A DNA stretch of 64,000 nt from Eledone cirrhosa. Lineage: Eukaryota. The position numbers were made by a program, and so were the translations under genes. Within the stretch, counting starts at the first letter, position 1. Every line of letters begins with the position of its first letter. Shown piece after piece: positions 58,121 to 64,000 of the stretch. The stretch is from positions 29,078,001-29,142,000 of the forward strand of contig OZ024755.1 of assembly GCA_964016885.1 (NCBI GenBank). The letters run 5' to 3'. A model generated the notes under the pieces. The model worked only from the letters and a program-made list of their open reading frames with translations, was not told the DNA's origin and did not search any database.

Positions 58121-58147
58121 GCGATTCTTTGCTTAAACTTTAATCTG

Positions 58148-58216
<69 letters not shown>

Positions 58217-58334
58217 TATACTTGTGTACAGATATGTTTGCATACGCAATAACAAAATATAAACAAACGTATTTATTTCACGACGCTCGATAAGGATAAA
58301 TATATATCAAATATATAAGAACCCTAGAGCAAAT

Positions 58335-58363
58335 CCCGAACAACGCCGGGCCATTCTGCTAGT
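58335..58363 (+). mobile_element. Helitron-like 3' terminus
   Basis: cccg..caacgccggg hairpin then ctag-t; similar end at ~52335-52351. Confidence 0.5.
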
Positions 58364-58958
58364 AATACCTAAGGCTCTTAACCCCGCACCCCGGCCTGAC
58401 TTACCGGCGGTAGGCTTACCATTAAGTAACGTGGAATAACACCATCTCCCACCAGGAAGCTGCACAGCGTATATTCAGACGGGCCTACCCCGCTGTATTC
58501 TTCCTCTTGGCCAGACTGCATTTTTGGTAATCTTACGAACCTGTTGCCTAAACCCGAATAACTTCTTAGACGATTGATCATATAAACATACAACTTCGAT
58601 CCAAATTGACATTATTTTTCTAGGCCTTCAAAATCGCACCCAACGTGCCCCCTTGCTTTAGTTATACCTGTGTGTGGTCTGTAACGACTTTACCAATAGT
58701 CTATCATATTCACACCTTAACACGGCTTCATTTATACTGAGTTGACCAACCCTGCATATGTTAATTCCTTTTAATTAATAAAAAAAAAAAGGGGTTTTCC
58801 ATAGCTGGTACTGGTCATAAGTTAGACAGTAAACTTTATACTTGCACCGTAATTTCCTCCTATACTCCTTTAACATTTAACTTTAATATGCATGGCGATG
58901 TAAAACTATTATTTTACCCTATTAGGGTCTATAATTAAAAACATTGCCTTTAATATCT

Positions 58959-58998
58959 GCCTCCGACGAGCCCCATTGGGCGAAACATGTGTAAGAGC
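58959..58998 (+). ncRNA. Minimal hammerhead variant (U4C)
   Basis: ct CCGACGA gccc-catt-gggc GAAA c atgt g TA ag; ~55-nt tail then (TA)n. Confidence 0.72.
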
Positions 58999-59050
58999 TA
59001 TATAAAGATATCTTTTAATGGCTTGTAACTCTTTCATTAATTCTTTTGCT

Positions 59051-59118
<68 letters not shown>

Positions 59119-59144
59119 TATATGTATATATGTTTATATATGTA

Positions 59145-59216
<72 letters not shown>

Positions 59217-59699
59217 TTCAAATGGAGTTAAATACTTCTACGATTTTAAGGTGGTATTACTAGCTTTCACCTATCATTTATAGACTCTATATTTCGCTAG
59301 GTAGTTCGACATTAGATGAGATATATCACTAATTATTTCCTGACAGGGATTGGTATTTTTATTTTGAGATAGTTTCGTCATACAGTGTTAGTATTCATAG
59401 AATTAACGGGATTTCATTTAACGCCTACCAAGGCCCTGGTTAATAAGTACAGTATAGTAGAATGTTGTGACTTTTGTTATTTCGATAAGACATTTACAGC
59501 GTAGATAAGATTACATAGGTTCGTAGAAAATTGGACACCAGCCAAGTCTTTCAGTTGGAAGAACTAAATTTCTCTAGATTCTGTCACTGGTAATTTGCTG
59601 CATATGGTCCATTGATTGTCGCATCATTCCACTGATGATCTACAATAATGGTTCTGTATAACTAATAATGCTTTTGCTTGAAGTGGAATCAGAAACAAT

Positions 59700-59830
59700 C
59701 CCACTTACATTAAAAAGACCTACCCATTCGGATTATATACTGTGATTTATACGCCATTATGACGTCAGGATAGCTACCATATTTTCTCTCAATTCTTTAG
59801 ATTCCTTCAGAAACAGTTTCAATTTGAAAA
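59700..59830 (+). pseudogene. Possible decayed PLE RT thumb motif
   Basis: KRPTHSDYIL*FIRHY resembles YRKPTH.D.YL.F.S.H; lies just upstream of the family F terminal repeat. Confidence 0.4.
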
Positions 59831-60044
59831 GATATTAATATTTTAATATAAATTATATCAGAATATGCTACTGACATCTGTGTAATATCTACCATAACCG
59901 AATCTCTTCAAATCTCTATAAATATCTGACAGATCAACCAAAAAACTACTGAAATGGTTATCTTGACATATGCTAGGCTATATAAAAATATTTTCTAGTA
60001 TATTTCTCATATAGACGAGACAATATTGTTACACAGCTGAGCAC

Positions 60045-60313
60045 ATCCAAGGAAAACTTCAACCGTTAAGGTATGTTCATTGGCTATGTCAACATTTATA
60101 AAACGCACTTTGTATTTTATCTGATGAAAGCGTACCAAAGTTTTTGGTACTCTTGAAATATATATAATAGAATAAATATGGTTTAATAAATATAGTTTCC
60201 ATTTATTTAATATCATTGAATATTATACTCCAGAAAACCTGTCGACTGCTCTGAATCAGTTATAAACATTTATATCTCTTGAATTACCAACAAATTGAAT
60301 ATCCCTTCTGCTT
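60045..60313 (+). mobile_element. Family F terminal repeat in colinear form with HHR (60114-60170) and full tail
   Basis: CTGATGA at 60121, GAAA at 60155, tail ending cccttctgctt-(AT)n. Confidence 0.85.
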
Positions 60314-61341
60314 ATATATATATAGTTCAAGGATACAAAAAAAACAGAGGTACAAAAAGTCTCTTGGTTTCGCACTTTATATGGAAAAGAGGAAAGAAAG
60401 TTCGAAGAGTCGGACGTTAGCCATTCTTCAGGTTTACAAAATGTACAGGTGTACAAAGATTGCTTATTGAGTAACATTTAGAGCCCGTGAAAGTGAAGGG
60501 TTTAGCTTAAGATAATCGAGTTTCATGTCGATATATATCTGATAAACTTAGTGAAAATGATACAGAAACCTGATTCAAAACGCAATTGAATTTTCTAGGC
60601 TATTGAATTTCCTGCGTGTTTTGCAAATAGAAACGTGTAGGTCATGTTCGAATATTGGATACCTGACACTGATTTGATATAAGCGATTAGTTACAGGTGC
60701 GTAAGGGAGCATTGGAGCTACAATAATGGTAAAAATGTATCACTTTATAGAAGACTAAATGTGTAGATGAAATGAAATTATTTTAAACAGGGATTACCAG
60801 ACAACCGGAGATTTCGTACCTCTATATAATAGATATGTAAAATATATAATGATAACATAAAAATCAATAAAATTAGAAAATCATTAAAAGGTTCTATAAC
60901 AGGAAATGATGCGAAAAACATGTTTTATTCATATTATTATAAGGAACAGTTTTTTTGTTGTTTTTTTTTCAATATAGACTTAATGGGAGATTTCCATTAA
61001 ATTTTATGGTAATGAACTGCGCAGAAACTCTACTAGAATAAATAAATAAATAAGATATATAATTATATAAATACAGTTTTGAATTATTGTTTATTTATAT
61101 ACACATTTAATTAAGTGGGCACAATTATTCGTATAGGGAAATATACACTCGTGCGGTAAATAATTCATTGTTCAAAGGTGGCATGTTCTAAGAGTTAATG
61201 GATGTATGATGTTTGAATTAAATCAACTCTGCAGATTCTATACAATATTACTAGTTTTCTTTCCCATACAGATATAATTTTCCTTTGTTTTCAGATTGGA
61301 TACTCACAGGCAACACACACAAACACATGCACACGCACACA

Positions 61342-61698
<357 letters not shown>

Positions 61699-62011
61699 TT
61701 CAAGAGTATCCAATATTAAAGAGAGAGATGGAGACAGGAGAGGAGATGAGAGATTGGTGAATTAGTTAGAAGCCAAAAGCGTAAAGGCATGTGCTCAATG
61801 TGCAATATGCAGTGGAAGGCAGCTAGGTGGCTGGGTTCATGCAGAGTTAGGTGCACAGAGCTGCGCAAATTTTTCCTCAGTTAATTATCTTCAACTGAAC
61901 CAGATCAATAATGATCTATAATCATTTGATCCAGAAACATTATATGGAGTAGGGAAACAATTGTAAACGGACATTATTAGTATTATTATTATTATTATTA
62001 TTATTATTTAA

Positions 62012-62200
62012 AGGGCGGTGGATTGGGAGTATCGGTGGAGGGTCGGACGCCATGCTTTGACGCATAGAGTTACGACCCTTGCCATTCTGAGTTCAAATCC
62101 CGCCGAAGTTAACTTTATCTTTCATCCTTATGGGGTCGATAAAATAAAGTACCAGTAATACACTGGATATTTGCTGGCCTTGTGGCAAAAGTAGAAACAA
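62012..62200 (+). mobile_element. Full-length SINE (main family) in (ATT)n
   Basis: A/B boxes and body. Confidence 0.9.
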
Positions 62201-62303
62201 TTATTATTATTCTTTACATCCCTTATATTAAACTACAACTATGTTGACAACCTTTAAATAATGTCTTCCTTGTGAAATATGTGGTCTTGTCTTGCTTAAC
62301 TAA

Positions 62304-62365
<62 letters not shown>

Positions 62366-62394
62366 GAACAGATAAATAACCAAGTTTCAATACA

Positions 62395-62860
62395 TTATCT
62401 GATAGACGTAGCAGATCTATCTGGAACGAGGCTCTGATCTCCAAGCTATGCTCTTTATCGAGTAACATTACTTCAAAGATACTTCGGAAAACCACTATTT
62501 TCGCCATGTGTATTCGAGATCATATTGCTTCGGACATTTCTCAAGATTTCTTACCACGGGTAACCGGATTCAAAATAGCGAGTTTTTTTTTTCGGAACTA
62601 CCTCCCTTCTTCTGTTTATCAGAAACTAACACTGGCACCAACTCCTGCAATATTAATTTAGGCTCCTGTCTTCCATCACTAGTGAATACGACCCCGAAAT
62701 ACTTAATCTGCTCCACCTGATTCATTGGAACTCCATGTAGAGTGCACCACGAAACCTTCATTGAGATTACATCGCTCTCAGTTTTCACAGCAGAGATTTA
62801 CATTCCTACCTGGCAGCATTTGGTAACAATCATGTCTAGTGCATGCCTTAGATCACCTGA
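62395..62860 (-). pseudogene. RTE-clade RT fragment
   Basis: KTES.VIS...QVEQIKYFGVVFTSDGRQE; HSLEIRASFQID; same clade as 54040-54388. Confidence 0.75.
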
Positions 62861-63163
62861 CATATTATTTTGTACATAATTCAATTGCGTAGATTTTGCA
62901 ACACAACGGGAGGAAACATAATAGTACCACTGATGATGTCGCAGATGTGTGATGAAAGAACTTTGATAGACTAATATATATATATATATATAATCACAGA
63001 AAAAAGCGTATCAGTGTTGCGACGAAAGGAATTTATTGGACATATTACAAATGTTTCTCGGGCGAACAGCTCGAGTCACGATCGATATCTTACACTGCTC
63101 TACGAGGGCATTGACTGCTCATACGGCCTACCGCATACGGACACTTTAAGCATCCAATACCAA

Positions 63164-63236
<73 letters not shown>

Positions 63237-64000
63237 TGTGTGTGTGTATTTTTAACCGTTGGTAAATCAATGATAAACATTGATTGCCAAATAAATTAAC
63301 TATGGAGATATAAAAGATACAGAAGCGAAAACCAACCCAAACCAAACAGTGAGTGTGTTCTGTTATTATTTCTGGCAATATTATAACAATATGACCCTCC
63401 CCAAGTATAACAATTGTCATACGATTCCTGTTTATCTCTGAATTAAATTGCAAGTTTTTTTTGTTTTTTTTCTGTAGAACTAATCTTTTCTTTATGTGAA
63501 AAAAGCCAAATATATATAAACTGCATATGTAACTAGGAACATAATATTATACTGACAGTAGGTGGTTAACTTAAATTACATTTGGATGTCTCTTCATAGT
63601 TCTATACAACTAATGTTCTCCACTAAAAAAAAAATGTCTTCATTTGTATATACGATACAATCAAATTTGAATACTATTATCCCACCCATCATTTTTCACT
63701 AATGTTAAAAATTTTTTTTTTTTCTTTCCAGTTCTAAATGTAAATAGAATTTTAATAATTGATGAACATTATCAACGTAAATAAATTGATTAAGTTATTC
63801 GGAAATGCATTTAATTACTACATAAATTCGATTTCCATATGAAATTTGGGCAGCTATTCAGAAAGTGAAATCCTATCCGAATAAAAATATTTGAAATTGA
63901 ACGAATTGTCTTTGTATCAAATAAATGAAGTGAGATGGACACACATTCGCATGTATACAACCATGTGTGTGTGTGTGTGTGTGTGTATGTGTGTGTCTGT

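Noticed and set aside
63040-63090. Minus-strand GAAACATTTGTA HHR half
   Set aside because: CTGANGA box not recognisable.

Overview
Eukaryotic, very AT-rich, repeat-dominated DNA. No host protein-coding exon could be supported; the YIYI/CVCV ORFs are (TA)n/(GT)n artefacts. The tRNA-derived SINEs and TTAA MITE resemble octopod cephalopod repeats (inferred from recognition, not a search). Contents: a decayed Chapaev3-type DNA transposon (10201-12164), RTE and CRE LINE fragments, Neptune-type Penelope-like element (PLE) RT/GIY-YIG fragments, about 17 copies of one SINE, a CORE-type SINE, MITEs, Helitron-like ends and long microsatellites. The main signal is about 20 hand-folded type I hammerhead ribozyme (HHR) motifs from more than 10 sequence families. 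They lie in short non-coding units embedded in (TA)n tracts, often as fold-back (inverted, tails-out) insertions with family-specific fixed ends. Also found: a 609-bp TA-flanked element with a covarying, possibly HDV-like 5' RNA structure; serial SINE insertions into one target site; and a minisatellite derived from a MITE end. All folds and alignments were done by eye.
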